From: an uncultured Candidatus Saccharibacteria bacterium
GTDB lineage: Bacteria > Patescibacteriota > Minisyncoccia > Minisyncoccales > CAZKCU01
Length of the DNA: 64,000 nt
Assembly: GCA_964551595.1 (NCBI GenBank)
Contig: CAZKCU010000002.1
Coordinates: forward strand, 3,081 to 67,080
Direction: 5' to 3'
Numbering within the stretch: the stretch's first letter is position 1; each line of letters starts with the position of its first letter. The notes under the pieces are model-generated. The model was not told the origin of the DNA. It ran no database searches and saw nothing but the letters and a program-made list of their open reading frames with translations. Below, in pieces: positions 44,848 to 53,975 of this stretch. A program made the position numbers and the translations under genes.

Positions 44848-44876
44848 TTGATTTTTATTAAAAACTACGATATAAT
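44848..44876 (+). promoter_or_regulatory. sigma70-type promoter TTGATT-17nt-TATAAT for the tRNA cluster
   Basis: The -10 box ends 5 nt before the first tRNA nucleotide. Confidence 0.6.
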
Positions 44877-44881
44877 AACGC

Positions 44882-44952
44882 CGCGGGGTGGAGAAGTAGT
44901 ATCTTGCGAGGCCCATAACCTCGAGACGCTGGTGCAATTCCAGTCCCCGCAA
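44882..44952 (+). tRNA. initiator-like tRNA-Met (CAU) with non-canonical D/T loops
   Basis: C1-A72 mismatch (CGCGGGG...CCCCGCA-A), as in bacterial tRNA-fMet. The anticodon loop is CCCAUAA, the D-loop AGUAGUA has no GG, and the T-loop is UGCAAUU rather than UUCNANN. No CCA is encoded. Confidence 0.7.
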
Positions 44953-44960
44953 CTAGTTTA

Positions 44961-45032
44961 GCCGGTGTAGCTTAATGGTTAAAGTGGGGCTCTCATAAGG
45001 CCTAGATGAAGGTTCGATTCCTTCCATCGGCA
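44961..45032 (+). tRNA. tRNA with CAU anticodon (elongator Met or Ile2)
   Basis: Canonical cloverleaf with acceptor GCCGGTG/CATCGGC, D-loop AATGGTTA and T-arm GAAGGTTCGATTCCTTC. Confidence 0.85.
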
Positions 45033-45035
45033 CAT

Positions 45036-45112
45036 GGGGATGTAGCTCAATTGGCTAGAGCACATGCTTGTCGAGCATGGGGTTGTGGGTTCGAGTCCCA
45101 TCGTCCCCGCCA
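45036..45112 (+). tRNA. tRNA-Asp (GUC), CCA encoded
   Basis: Acceptor GGGGATG/CGTCCCC, anticodon loop TTGTCGA, G73 and T-arm GTGGGTTCGAGTCCCAT. Confidence 0.92.
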
Positions 45113-45133
45113 GTTGGAAAAAGTCAACAATTT

Positions 45134-45198
45134 CGCCTCGCCGCTTCGCGGCTCGGCGGTCAAATTTTTTGGAAGCCGTAAAACCGGCGTTTTTTTTA
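45134..45198 (+). terminator. two hairpins with T-runs after the tRNA cluster
   Basis: CGCCTCGCCGC-TTC-GCGGCTCGGCGG followed by AAATTTTTT, then GCCG-TAAAAC-CGGC followed by G-T8. Confidence 0.5.
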
Positions 45199-45259
45199 TT
45201 CTTCAAATTGAGTTCAAATTTTGACCATATTTTAGTAGTAGTTATCCACATATTTTTAC

Positions 45260-45288
45260 TTGAAATCTGTTCAAAATTAAGGTAAAAT
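45260..45288 (+). promoter_or_regulatory. promoter TTGAAA-17nt-TAAAAT placed 6 nt before the pheS ATG (leaderless-type layout)
   Basis: Hexamers at 45260-45265 and 45283-45288, with the ATG at 45295. Confidence 0.45.
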
Positions 45289-45294
45289 GAAACA

Positions 45295-46323
45295 ATGAAG
45301 ATGCTAAAAATTAACCTTAAATTACTCAAAAATCAAATCAAAAAAGCCATTGATTCGGCAAAGGATTTAAAAGAGTTGAATGATATTTTTAAAAGATATT
45401 TAGGGAAGAGGGGAGAGCTTACCCAGATTTTGCGTTCTTTAGAAAAGTTGCCAAAGGCAAAAAGGGTTAAAATTGGCAAAGAGGCAAATGAACTTAAAAA
45501 TTTTCTGAGAATTAAATGCGACCAAAAAGTACAAGAGATTAAAGAAAAAATTAAAAAAGAGACTGCTAAAATCGAATGGATTGATATAACTCGGCCGGGA
45601 AAAAAGCCAGTTCTTGGGCATTTACATCCTCTATCGCAAGTTAAAAGTAAAACCGAGGAAATTTTTCAATTAATGGGTTTTTCAGTGGTTGAAGGTCCGG
45701 AGATTGAAACTGAATGGTACAATTTCGACGCCCTAAATATTCCCAAAGACCATCCAGCTAGAGACCTTTGGGACACTTTTTATCTTAAAAACGGTCTGCT
45801 TTTAAGAACTCATACTTCACCAGTTCAAATTCGTTATATGAAAAAAAATAACCCTCCCTTACGTATTATTGTTCCTGGTCGAGTTTTCCGCCATGAAGCC
45901 ACTGACGCCAGCCACGAAATTAACTTTTATCAAATTGAGGGATTAATGGTTGATAAAAAAGTCACAGTAGCCAATTTTAAAGCAATTATCCAGGAATTTT
46001 TTCAGAAATTTTTTGAAAAACCGATTAAAATTCGCTTAAGACCAGGTTTCTTCCCTTTTACTGAACCTTCATTTGAAGTTGATATGACCTGCCTAAATTG
46101 TAAGGGAAAGGGTTGTTCTGCCTGCCAAAGAACCGGCTGGATGGAGATGATGGGAGCTGGGATGGTTCACCCTAATGTTTTTAAAGCAGCCGGGCTTAAC
46201 CCAAAAAACTGGCAGGGATTTGCCTTTGGAATAGGTTTAGATAGATTAGCTATGATGAAATACAAAATCAACGATATTAGATTGTTCTATTCTGGAGACC
46301 TCCGCTTTCTCCACCAATTTTAA
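45295..46323 (+). CDS. pheS: phenylalanyl-tRNA synthetase alpha subunit
   Basis: HPARD.WDTFY, RTHTSPVQIR, GFAFG.GLDRLAM. Confidence 0.96.
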   Translation: MKMLKINLKLLKNQIKKAIDSAKDLKELNDIFKRYLGKRGELTQILRSLEKLPKAKRVKIGKEANELKNFLRIKCDQKVQEIKEKIKKETAKIEWIDITRPGKKPVLGHLHPLSQVKSKTEEIFQLMGFSVVEGPEIETEWYNFDALNIPKDHPARDLWDTFYLKNGLLLRTHTSPVQIRYMKKNNPPLRIIVPGRVFRHEATDASHEINFYQIEGLMVDKKVTVANFKAIIQEFFQKFFEKPIKIRLRPGFFPFTEPSFEVDMTCLNCKGKGCSACQRTGWMEMMGAGMVHPNVFKAAGLNPKNWQGFAFGIGLDRLAMMKYKINDIRLFYSGDLRFLHQF

Positions 46324-46325
46324 GC

Positions 46326-46348
46326 CTGTCGGTATCAAATACCGACAG
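46326..46348. repeat. hairpin, family E copy 2 (post-pheS)
   Basis: CTGTCGGTAT-CAA-ATACCGACAG, the same core as 28035-28069. Confidence 0.75.
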
Positions 46349-46355
46349 ACAAAAT

Positions 46356-48407
46356 ATGATATTTTCATACGATTGGCTACAATCATTTTTTAAAAAAAGA
46401 TTACCTAAACCAGAAAAATTGGCTGAGCTTTTGACTATGCATTTTTTTGAAGTAGAAAGTCTAGAAAAAAAAGGTAAAGATTGGGTTTTCGATATCGATG
46501 TCTTGCCAAATAGGGCTTCTGATTGCTTTTCTCACTTAGGAATAGTAAGGGAAATAGCAGCCATCATAAACGCTAATTGTCGACATCCGATGTCCATTAT
46601 TGAAGAAGACCAGAAAATAAAAGCTAAAGACTTTGTTTCGGTCGAGGTCAAAGATAAACCAGCTTGTCCTCGATATACCGCCAGAGTGGTCACTGATGTT
46701 AAAGTTGGTTCTTCGCCAAAATGGGTAAAGGCGAGATTGAAAATTTGCGGTTTGCGGCCAATTAACAATATTGTTGATATAGCAAACTATGTAATGTTGG
46801 AAACTGGTCAACCTTTGCACGCCTTCGACCTTGATAAGGTCTCAGGCGCAAAAATCCCAAATCCCAAATTAAAAACAATAATTGTGAGGCGAGCCAAAAA
46901 AGGAGAAAAAATTTTGACCCTTGACGATGAAAAATATGATTTAGATGAGAATGTTTTAGTAATTGCTGATTCAGAAAGTCCTTTGTGCGTTGCTGGAATA
47001 AAGGGGGGCAAAAAAGCCGAAATTGATTCAAAAACTAAAAATATAATTATTGAAGCTGCTAATTTTAATCCTCAGCTTACTCGGAAAGCTTCTCGAAGAT
47101 TAAAATTAAAAACCGATGCCTCCTGGAGATTTGAAAATGGCATAGACCCTAATTTATGTGAGTTTGGTCAGAAAAGAGTTTGCAGTTTGATTCAGGAAAT
47201 TGCCGGTGGCAGGATAGCCCAGGGTTTAATTGATTTTTACCCCAAAAAAGTTTCCCCAAAAAGAATTAAATTGGATTTGGATTATGTTGAGAGATTATTG
47301 GGAGTAAAAATTCCCCAAAACGAAATAAAAAACATTTTACAAAGATTAGGTTTGAAAATTGAAAAGTGTAAATTGAAAATTCTAAATGTGGTTGTGCCCA
47401 CATTTAGGCGCGATATTTCAATTCCGGAAGATTTAATTGAGGAGATCGGCAGGATTTATGGATATCAAAAAATTCCTTCCATTTTCCCAATAGCAGCTTT
47501 AATTCCGCCAAAAAGAAATCTTGATATTTTTTGGGAAAATATGGCAAAAGATATTTTAAAGCAAGCTGGATTTACTGAAGTTTATAATTATTCTTTCATT
47601 GGTGAAAAGGAGGCAAAGATTTTTCGAGCCAAAAATCTAATTGAAGTAGAAAACCCGGTAAGTATAGAACAAAAATATCTGAGAGCGAGTTTGATTCCGA
47701 ATTTATTAAAAAATATCAGAAATAATATAAAACAGTTGCCAGAGATTAAGATTTTCGAATTAGGGAAAGTGTTTAAGAGAACTAAAGATTTAAAAGAAAA
47801 AAGGATGCTTGGAGGAGCAATTATCGGCGATGCCTTTTTTGAAGCAAAAGGAGTCATCGATTTGTTGCTCAATAAATTTGGGATTTCAAATATTTGGTAC
47901 GATTCCCATCAACCAACTCCAGAGGAAAGTAAATTATCAATTTGGCAGCTACAAAAATGTGCTGAAATTAAAGTCAACCATACGGAAATCGGATTTTTAG
48001 GAGAGATTTTGCCAAAAATTTTAGATGATTTTAAAATAACCAGCAAAGTAGTCCTTTTTGACCTAGATTTTGAGAAATTACAAAAATTAACCTCTGAAGA
48101 ACAGGAATATCAGCCAATTTCTTCTTATCCAGCAGCAGTCAGAGACATAGCTATCTTAGTTCCTCGAATGGTTAGAGTAGAGGAAGTTTTGAATATGATT
48201 GAGGTTACTGGCAGCTCTCTAATTAGAGATGTTGACCTTTTTGATATTTATGAAGGAGAGGAGTTGCCCGAAGGAAAAAAGAATTTAGCCTTCCATATAG
48301 TTTATCAGTCAGAGACGAGAACTTTATCTTCAAAAGAAATTAATAAAATCCACCAGAAAATAATTAAGACCTTGGAAGAAAATCCAGGGTGGGAAGTAAG
48401 AAAATAA
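46356..48407 (+). CDS. pheT: phenylalanyl-tRNA synthetase beta subunit (short form, no N-terminal tRNA-binding OB domain evident)
   Basis: MIFSYDWL...B3/4 HAFDLDK, B5 and anticodon-binding-like C-terminus. Confidence 0.93.
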   Translation: MIFSYDWLQSFFKKRLPKPEKLAELLTMHFFEVESLEKKGKDWVFDIDVLPNRASDCFSHLGIVREIAAIINANCRHPMSIIEEDQKIKAKDFVSVEVKDKPACPRYTARVVTDVKVGSSPKWVKARLKICGLRPINNIVDIANYVMLETGQPLHAFDLDKVSGAKIPNPKLKTIIVRRAKKGEKILTLDDEKYDLDENVLVIADSESPLCVAGIKGGKKAEIDSKTKNIIIEAANFNPQLTRKASRRLKLKTDASWRFENGIDPNLCEFGQKRVCSLIQEIAGGRIAQGLIDFYPKKVSPKRIKLDLDYVERLLGVKIPQNEIKNILQRLGLKIEKCKLKILNVVVPTFRRDISIPEDLIEEIGRIYGYQKIPSIFPIAALIPPKRNLDIFWENMAKDILKQAGFTEVYNYSFIGEKEAKIFRAKNLIEVENPVSIEQKYLRASLIPNLLKNIRNNIKQLPEIKIFELGKVFKRTKDLKEKRMLGGAIIGDAFFEAKGVIDLLLNKFGISNIWYDSHQPTPEESKLSIWQLQKCAEIKVNHTEIGFLGEILPKILDDFKITSKVVLFDLDFEKLQKLTSEEQEYQPISSYPAAVRDIAILVPRMVRVEEVLNMIEVTGSSLIRDVDLFDIYEGEELPEGKKNLAFHIVYQSETRTLSSKEINKIHQKIIKTLEENPGWEVRK

Positions 48408-48410
48408 AAT

Positions 48411-50429
48411 ATGCCAAGAAAATCCAAAAAAATAAAAAAGCCAACCATAATCAGAAAGAAAACCAGAAAAAAGGCAACTTCGGATTATACAGCTAAAGAT
48501 ATTTATGTTCTCAAAGGTCTTGAGCCAATCCGCAAGAGGCCGGGAATGTACATAGGGTCTACTGGTCCCGATGGTCTTCATCATTTAATATATGAAACCT
48601 GTGACAACGCATTAGATGAATTTATGGCCGGATACGGAAATCAGATGGAAGTTATACTTTTACCGAATAATCAAGTTAAAACTGTAGATAATGGGCGTGG
48701 TATCCCGGTAGAAAAACATCCCCAGACAAAAAAATCAGCCTTAGAGACAGTAATGACTACCTTGCATGCCGGAGCAAAATTTGGAGGTAAAGCTTACAGG
48801 GTAGCCGGAGGGCTTCATGGAGTTGGAGTTTCGGTAGTTTGTGCTTTATCTAAATGGATGAAGGTTGAGGTTTGTCGGGGGGGATTAAAATATTCTCAAG
48901 AATATTCAAGAGGAAAAACGAAGACTAAAGTTAAAAAAATCGGCAAGTGCCGGGAGACAGGAACCACGGTTATTTTTGAGCCAGATCTAGAAATTTTTAA
49001 GGAAATAAATTTCGACCTCAAAAAAATTTTAAACCATCTTCGCCAGCAAGCCTATCTAACCAAAGGAATAAAAATAACTGTTTCAGATGAAAGAACAAAA
49101 CAAAAGCAAAGTTATGCTTTTTATTTTGAAGGAGGCTTAGCTGCCTATATTAGGTACCTGGTTGGAGGGGCGGTTCCCCGTCACTCAAATATTTTCTGTT
49201 GTTCGGGCCTAAAAAATGGAATAATTGTGGAAGCTGCTTTTCAATACACCCAAGAGTATGAATGTTATGAAGAAAGCTTTGCCAACAACATCTGGACCCA
49301 GGAAGGCGGCACTCATTTAACAGCTTTCCGGACTGCCTTGACCCGAACTTTTAATGATTATGCCAGAAGATTGGGCTTACTTAAGGAAACCGATGAAAAC
49401 TTATCAGGCAAGGATATAAGAGAAGGTTTTACCGGAGTGGTTTCAGTTAAAATAAAAGAGCCCCAATTTGAAGGGCAGACCAAGGCGAAATTGGGAAACC
49501 CTGAAGCTAAGGTGGTGGTTGAGGGAGTAGTTTCTGAAAGTTTGACTGATTTTCTGGAAAGGAATCCTGCAGACGCCAGAGCTATCATTGAAAATTGTCT
49601 CTTAGCTCAAAAAGCTAGAGCGGCAGCTAAAGCTGCTCGAGAAACAGTTTTAAGAAAAGGAATTTTGGAAGGTTTAGCCCTACCGGGGAAATTAGCTGAT
49701 TGCGCCTCAAAAAAACCTGAAGAGTCAGAACTTTACATAGTGGAAGGCGAGTCAGCCGGCGGAAGTGGAAAACAAGGCCGAGATAGAAAGTTTCAGGCTA
49801 TTTTACCTCTCCGGGGTAAAATATTGAATGTAGAAAGAGCTCGCTTAGACAAAATTTTAGCCTCAAAAGAAATAAAATCTCTAATAATTGCTTTGGGAAC
49901 AGCCATTGCCGAAGATTTTAATTTAGAGAAACTAAGATATCATAGGGTAATCTTGATGGCCGATAGCGATGTTGATGGTCAACATATTCGGACTCTGCTT
50001 TTAACTCTTTTTTACCGTTATTTTAAACCAATTATTGAAAAAGGTTATCTTTACATCGCTCAACCCCCGCTCTATAAAATTCAGGCTGGGAAAAAGATTG
50101 AATATGCCTATACTGAAGCTGATAAAGCTGAAATTCTTTCAGAATTTCGCAAAGGCAAAAAGCAAAAGAAAAAGGGCAAAAAAGAAGAGACAAAAGAAGA
50201 AAAATTCACTGGTATAACTATTCAGCGCTACAAGGGTTTGGGAGAAATGAACCCTTCTCAACTCTGGGAGACAACCATGAACCCAGAAAACCGAATCTTA
50301 TTAAAAATCAATATTGAAAACGCCAAACAGGCAGATCGAATTTTTGATACTCTGATGGGAAAAGAGGTATTACCGAGAAAGAAATTCATCCAGACCTATG
50401 CGAAAAAGGTTAAGAATTTAGATATCTAA
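48411..50429 (+). CDS. gyrB: DNA gyrase subunit B
   Basis: GLEPIRKRPGMYIGS, GGLHGVG, EGESAGGS, PLRGKILNVE. A basic N-terminal extension precedes the core. Confidence 0.96.
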   Translation: MPRKSKKIKKPTIIRKKTRKKATSDYTAKDIYVLKGLEPIRKRPGMYIGSTGPDGLHHLIYETCDNALDEFMAGYGNQMEVILLPNNQVKTVDNGRGIPVEKHPQTKKSALETVMTTLHAGAKFGGKAYRVAGGLHGVGVSVVCALSKWMKVEVCRGGLKYSQEYSRGKTKTKVKKIGKCRETGTTVIFEPDLEIFKEINFDLKKILNHLRQQAYLTKGIKITVSDERTKQKQSYAFYFEGGLAAYIRYLVGGAVPRHSNIFCCSGLKNGIIVEAAFQYTQEYECYEESFANNIWTQEGGTHLTAFRTALTRTFNDYARRLGLLKETDENLSGKDIREGFTGVVSVKIKEPQFEGQTKAKLGNPEAKVVVEGVVSESLTDFLERNPADARAIIENCLLAQKARAAAKAARETVLRKGILEGLALPGKLADCASKKPEESELYIVEGESAGGSGKQGRDRKFQAILPLRGKILNVERARLDKILASKEIKSLIIALGTAIAEDFNLEKLRYHRVILMADSDVDGQHIRTLLLTLFYRYFKPIIEKGYLYIAQPPLYKIQAGKKIEYAYTEADKAEILSEFRKGKKQKKKGKKEETKEEKFTGITIQRYKGLGEMNPSQLWETTMNPENRILLKINIENAKQADRIFDTLMGKEVLPRKKFIQTYAKKVKNLDI

Positions 50430-50467
50430 AAATCTTGACCTCCGCACATAATAAGTTATGTGCGGGG

Positions 50468-50496
50468 TTGACATATAAATTCTCTTTGGCTATCAT
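50468..50496 (+). promoter_or_regulatory. sigma70-type promoter TTGACA-17nt-TATCAT upstream of secE
   Basis: Hexamers at 50468-50473 and 50491-50496. A hairpin ATGGCC-GGGGA-GGCCAT plus T5 follows at 50505-50525, at the predicted 5' end of the transcript. Confidence 0.55.
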
Positions 50497-50549
50497 AAAA
50501 CTTGATGGCCGGGGAGGCCATTTTTAAAACTTCGAAAAGTTTTATAACT

Positions 50550-50750
50550 ATGAATATTCGCCAGTTTCCTAAAAAAATCTTAACGTTTCTAAAAGAAGTC
50601 CGCCTGGAGATGAAAAAGATTAATTGGCCAACAAGGCAAGAGACTTTAAGATATACTCTGATTGTCATTGGGGTTTCAATAGCCGTCGCTATATTTCTGG
50701 GAGGAATAGATTTTATATTCACAACCTTATTAAATAAATTTATATTGTAA
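50550..50750 (+). CDS. secE: preprotein translocase subunit SecE
   Basis: FLKEVRLEMKKINWPTRQETL followed by a single TM. The start is trimmed to the ATG at 50550. Confidence 0.9.
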   Translation: MNIRQFPKKILTFLKEVRLEMKKINWPTRQETLRYTLIVIGVSIAVAIFLGGIDFIFTTLLNKFIL

Positions 50751-50753
50751 AGT

Positions 50754-51299
50754 ATGCCAAAACAGCGTTTACCACAACAAAAAAATTGGTATGTTATTCA
50801 CACTTATTCTGGATATGAGGACGCAGTTACCAAAAATTTAAAACAAAGAATTGAATCTTTAGGCATGGAAGATAAAATTTTTAATGTCCTGGTACCAAAA
50901 GAAAAAAAGATTAAAATTAAAAATGGGAAAAGAAAAGTAGTTGAAGAAAAAATTTACCCGGGTTATGTTTTAGTTGAGATGATTGTTACTGATGATTCTT
51001 GGTATGTGGTTAGAAATACTCCTAATGTAACCGGTTTTGTGGGAGCAGGAACTATTCCTGTTCCAGTTTCCGAAAAAGAAATAGATATTTTAAAAAAGAG
51101 AATGGGAGTAGAAACTCCTCAATATAAAATTGATGTTAAAATTGGGGATCCAGTAAAGATTATTGACGGACCATTTAGAGACTTTGATGGAAAAATTTCA
51201 GAAATTGATGCAGAAAGAGGGAAAGTAAAAGTTTTAGTCAATATGTTTGGCCGCGATACACCGGTGGAATTGGATTCATTACAAATTAAGAAAATGTAA
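50754..51299 (+). CDS. nusG: transcription termination/antitermination factor NusG
   Basis: [11 protein letters not shown]; KOW domain [18 protein letters not shown]. Confidence 0.96.
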   Translation: MPKQRLPQQKNWYVIHTYSGYEDAVTKNLKQRIESLGMEDKIFNVLVPKEKKIKIKNGKRKVVEEKIYPGYVLVEMIVTDDSWYVVRNTPNVTGFVGAGTIPVPVSEKEIDILKKRMGVETPQYKIDVKIGDPVKIIDGPFRDFDGKISEIDAERGKVKVLVNMFGRDTPVELDSLQIKKM

Positions 51300-51306
51300 A
51301 ATATTT

Positions 51307-51729
51307 ATGAAAAAAATTAAAGCAGTAATTAAGCTTCAAGCCCCAGCTGCAAAAGCAACACCAGCACCGCCAGTTGGTCCAACTTTAGCTCAGTATGGTT
51401 TAAATATTGCTGAGTTTTGCCAAAAATTTAATGAAGCAACAAAAAACCAAGAAGGTTTTACTATTCCGGTAGAAATTACAGTTTATGAAGACCGGACTTA
51501 TGATTTTAAATTAAAATCTCCACCAGCTTCTGAATTTTTAAAAAAAGCTGCCGGGATTGAGAAAGGCTCTGGCGAACCTAATAAAACAAAAGTCGGAAGG
51601 ATTACCAGAGAGCAATTGAAAAAAGTAGCTTTGCAAAAAATGGCCGATTTAAATACCGATAATATTGAAAAGGCAATAAAGATAATCGAAGCGACTGCCA
51701 AAAACATGGGAATTGAAATCAGCGACTAA
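51307..51729 (+). CDS. rplK: 50S ribosomal protein L11
   Basis: [28 protein letters not shown]. The start is trimmed to the ATG at 51307. Confidence 0.96.
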   Translation: MKKIKAVIKLQAPAAKATPAPPVGPTLAQYGLNIAEFCQKFNEATKNQEGFTIPVEITVYEDRTYDFKLKSPPASEFLKKAAGIEKGSGEPNKTKVGRITREQLKKVALQKMADLNTDNIEKAIKIIEATAKNMGIEISD

Positions 51730-51744
51730 CTTAACATTATCACT

Positions 51745-52323
51745 ATGATTTTGTCTGATAGAGAAATTAAAAAATATTTAAAAACAGGTCAGATTAAAAT
51801 AACTCCAAAACCAAATTTAAAAGAGCAATTAGGCCCTTGTTCCTTAGATTTGCGATTAGGAAATGTTTTTAAAATATTTAAACGCACTAAATTCCCGTAC
51901 ATTGACCTTAAACAGGAACTACCTATTGATGAAATAATGGAGGAAATTAAAATTAAAAAGCCCGACTCTTTGATTATGCAGCCTGGAGACTTTATTTTGG
52001 CTGTAACTAAAGAAGAAATTATATTGCCTTCGGATTTGATGGCGCGACTTGATGGCAGGTCTTCTTTAGGAAGACTTGGAATAGTTGTTCATTCAACTGC
52101 TGCCAGATTTGATCCTGGTTGGAGAGGAAAAGCAGTAATGGAGCTTGGTAATTTGGGGACTCTTCCAATAGCTATTTATCCTGGGATGAGGGTTTGTGCT
52201 CTAACTTTTGAAACTCTCTCTAGCCCTTCTGAAGTTCCATATTTAAAACAGAAAGACCATAAATACGCAAAACAAAAATTTCCCTTAGCGAGTAAAATAA
52301 ACCAGGAACCTAAGAGTCGATGA
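51745..52323 (+). CDS. dcd: dCTP deaminase
   Basis: MILSDREI...PCSLDLRLG...LDGRSSLGRLGI.VH.TA...DPGW.G. Confidence 0.9.
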   Translation: MILSDREIKKYLKTGQIKITPKPNLKEQLGPCSLDLRLGNVFKIFKRTKFPYIDLKQELPIDEIMEEIKIKKPDSLIMQPGDFILAVTKEEIILPSDLMARLDGRSSLGRLGIVVHSTAARFDPGWRGKAVMELGNLGTLPIAIYPGMRVCALTFETLSSPSEVPYLKQKDHKYAKQKFPLASKINQEPKSR

Positions 52324-53933
52324 AACCACTTTTAACTTCTAACTTAAAAGTAAAATTTTTAGGAATTATTCCTATCTTGAAAAAGCAGATAGGACTTTTA
52401 AATCCTCAACAAATTGTGGCCCTCTCCAGCCTGACAACGTTTAAAGGAAGCTCAATCAAAAAACTTTTAAAAGGAATTAAGAAAAAAGGTCAAAATTTAG
52501 ATGAGAGAGTGAAATTAATTTTACAAAAATCTTCTTTAAGGGGGCATGCTTCCTTATCTACTACTCCTAGTCTTTGTTTAACATTTGAGGGAAGTAAATT
52601 CTTAGATTCAGCTTTAACCGGGATTGTTTTTTCTTCGTCTTTAATGGCTTCTGGCCGTCGGACTGATACTGCCATTAAAGATATTGTTTATCCAGATGAA
52701 ATCTTTATCAATAAAAAAGCAAGGAAGATTTACAATAAAGTTTCAGAAAAAATTATTGAAACGTTTAATTATTTTATATTTCAGGGGGTTAGTAAAGACG
52801 AAGCGAGTAAAATTTTACAATATGGAATTCACGGTACAGGTCTTATTCAACTGCCGGTAGAATCAATTATTGCTATAAAGAAAGAATATGAAGTCGAAAA
52901 AGATTGGATGCCGACAGAGATTGGAATACTTTTAAGAAAAATAGAGAAAGAGGCTAAGAAATTAGGGATTGACAGGCTTTATGCTACCCGCCAGGTTGCT
53001 CCGAGAAATGCATATCCTTATCCTAATATTTTTAAAAATCCGAAAAAATCAAATATTGTTCGTGAAATAAGAAAAAAACAAAGATTATTTAAAGGAATAA
53101 AATTAATCTCAATGGACACTTTAATTGGGCCAGCTTTGAAGAAAAAACTTGCCAACTTAGAAAAAAAGAGCCGGAAAACATTTAGTTCTTTAAAACAAAT
53201 TAAAAAAAATTGGATGGAACTTCTTGATTTGCGTCAGGAAATTCTCAGAGACTTCAATTTAGCTTTAAGATTTAAAGTATTGTCTTCTATTCCTTGGCGA
53301 GTCTGGGGAGAAAAAAAACGACATAGAACTGTACCTCAGACTATAGAGTCAATATATTATTGCATTGAAAGAGCAATAAAGAAATTTAACAATTTTAAAG
53401 AGCAAATTGAGAAAACAAAAATTAATAAAAAATTAATAAGAGAAATAGAAGAAGTTTTTTCCATTCCTCCCTCAATCAAAAAAAATCCTGAATTTTTGTC
53501 AGAATATCTTTTAACTGCCTTAAAATCTTTTGAAGGTTATCAAAATTTACTTAAATTAAAAATTAAACCCAGAGAAGCTATTTTTTTAATTCCTCGGGCA
53601 GTAAAAATTGATATTCTGCAGGATTATGATTTCTACAACCTTTTAACCGGATATTATCCAATTAGATTATGCCCAACTGCTGAAGAGGAAATGAGAAGAA
53701 ATACTTTAAAAGAAGTTTTGGAAATTAAAAAGGCCTTAAAAGAAAAAGGATATGGCTGGCTGAATAGATTTATTGGTCCTAAATGTAAAATTATGGGTTT
53801 TTGTCCGGAAGAGAAAAGTTGCGGTATGATTTTGAGTTCAGTTAAAAATTACAATGAAAAATTTCACCAGGAGATGAAAGATGAGTTAAAAAGGAGATTT
53901 AAAAAAAATTTAAAAAATTTAGGTAGGCGATGA
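52320..53933 (+). CDS. tandem ThyX-like (flavin-dependent thymidylate synthase-like) protein
   Basis: The first half, RGHASL..LCLTFEG..FLDSALTGIVFSSSLMASGRR, aligns by eye to the ThyX core HGHETPFEH..FTF....RHRIASYNELSGRY but lacks RHR. The second half, LRFKVLSSIPWRVWGEKKRHRT, keeps RHR. There is an ATGA overlap with dcd. Confidence 0.55.
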   Translation: MKPLLTSNLKVKFLGIIPILKKQIGLLNPQQIVALSSLTTFKGSSIKKLLKGIKKKGQNLDERVKLILQKSSLRGHASLSTTPSLCLTFEGSKFLDSALTGIVFSSSLMASGRRTDTAIKDIVYPDEIFINKKARKIYNKVSEKIIETFNYFIFQGVSKDEASKILQYGIHGTGLIQLPVESIIAIKKEYEVEKDWMPTEIGILLRKIEKEAKKLGIDRLYATRQVAPRNAYPYPNIFKNPKKSNIVREIRKKQRLFKGIKLISMDTLIGPALKKKLANLEKKSRKTFSSLKQIKKNWMELLDLRQEILRDFNLALRFKVLSSIPWRVWGEKKRHRTVPQTIESIYYCIERAIKKFNNFKEQIEKTKINKKLIREIEEVFSIPPSIKKNPEFLSEYLLTALKSFEGYQNLLKLKIKPREAIFLIPRAVKIDILQDYDFYNLLTGYYPIRLCPTAEEEMRRNTLKEVLEIKKALKEKGYGWLNRFIGPKCKIMGFCPEEKSCGMILSSVKNYNEKFHQEMKDELKRRFKKNLKNLGRR

Positions 53934-53975
53934 AGCTGTCGCTTCATCTTCACTCAGCCCTAAAGGGCTTCGTAA

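Noticed and set aside
44979-45329. Three overlapping ORFs (72-116 aa) across the tRNA cluster
   Set aside because: They run through three clearly folding tRNA genes and their terminator, so they are artefacts of an open frame.
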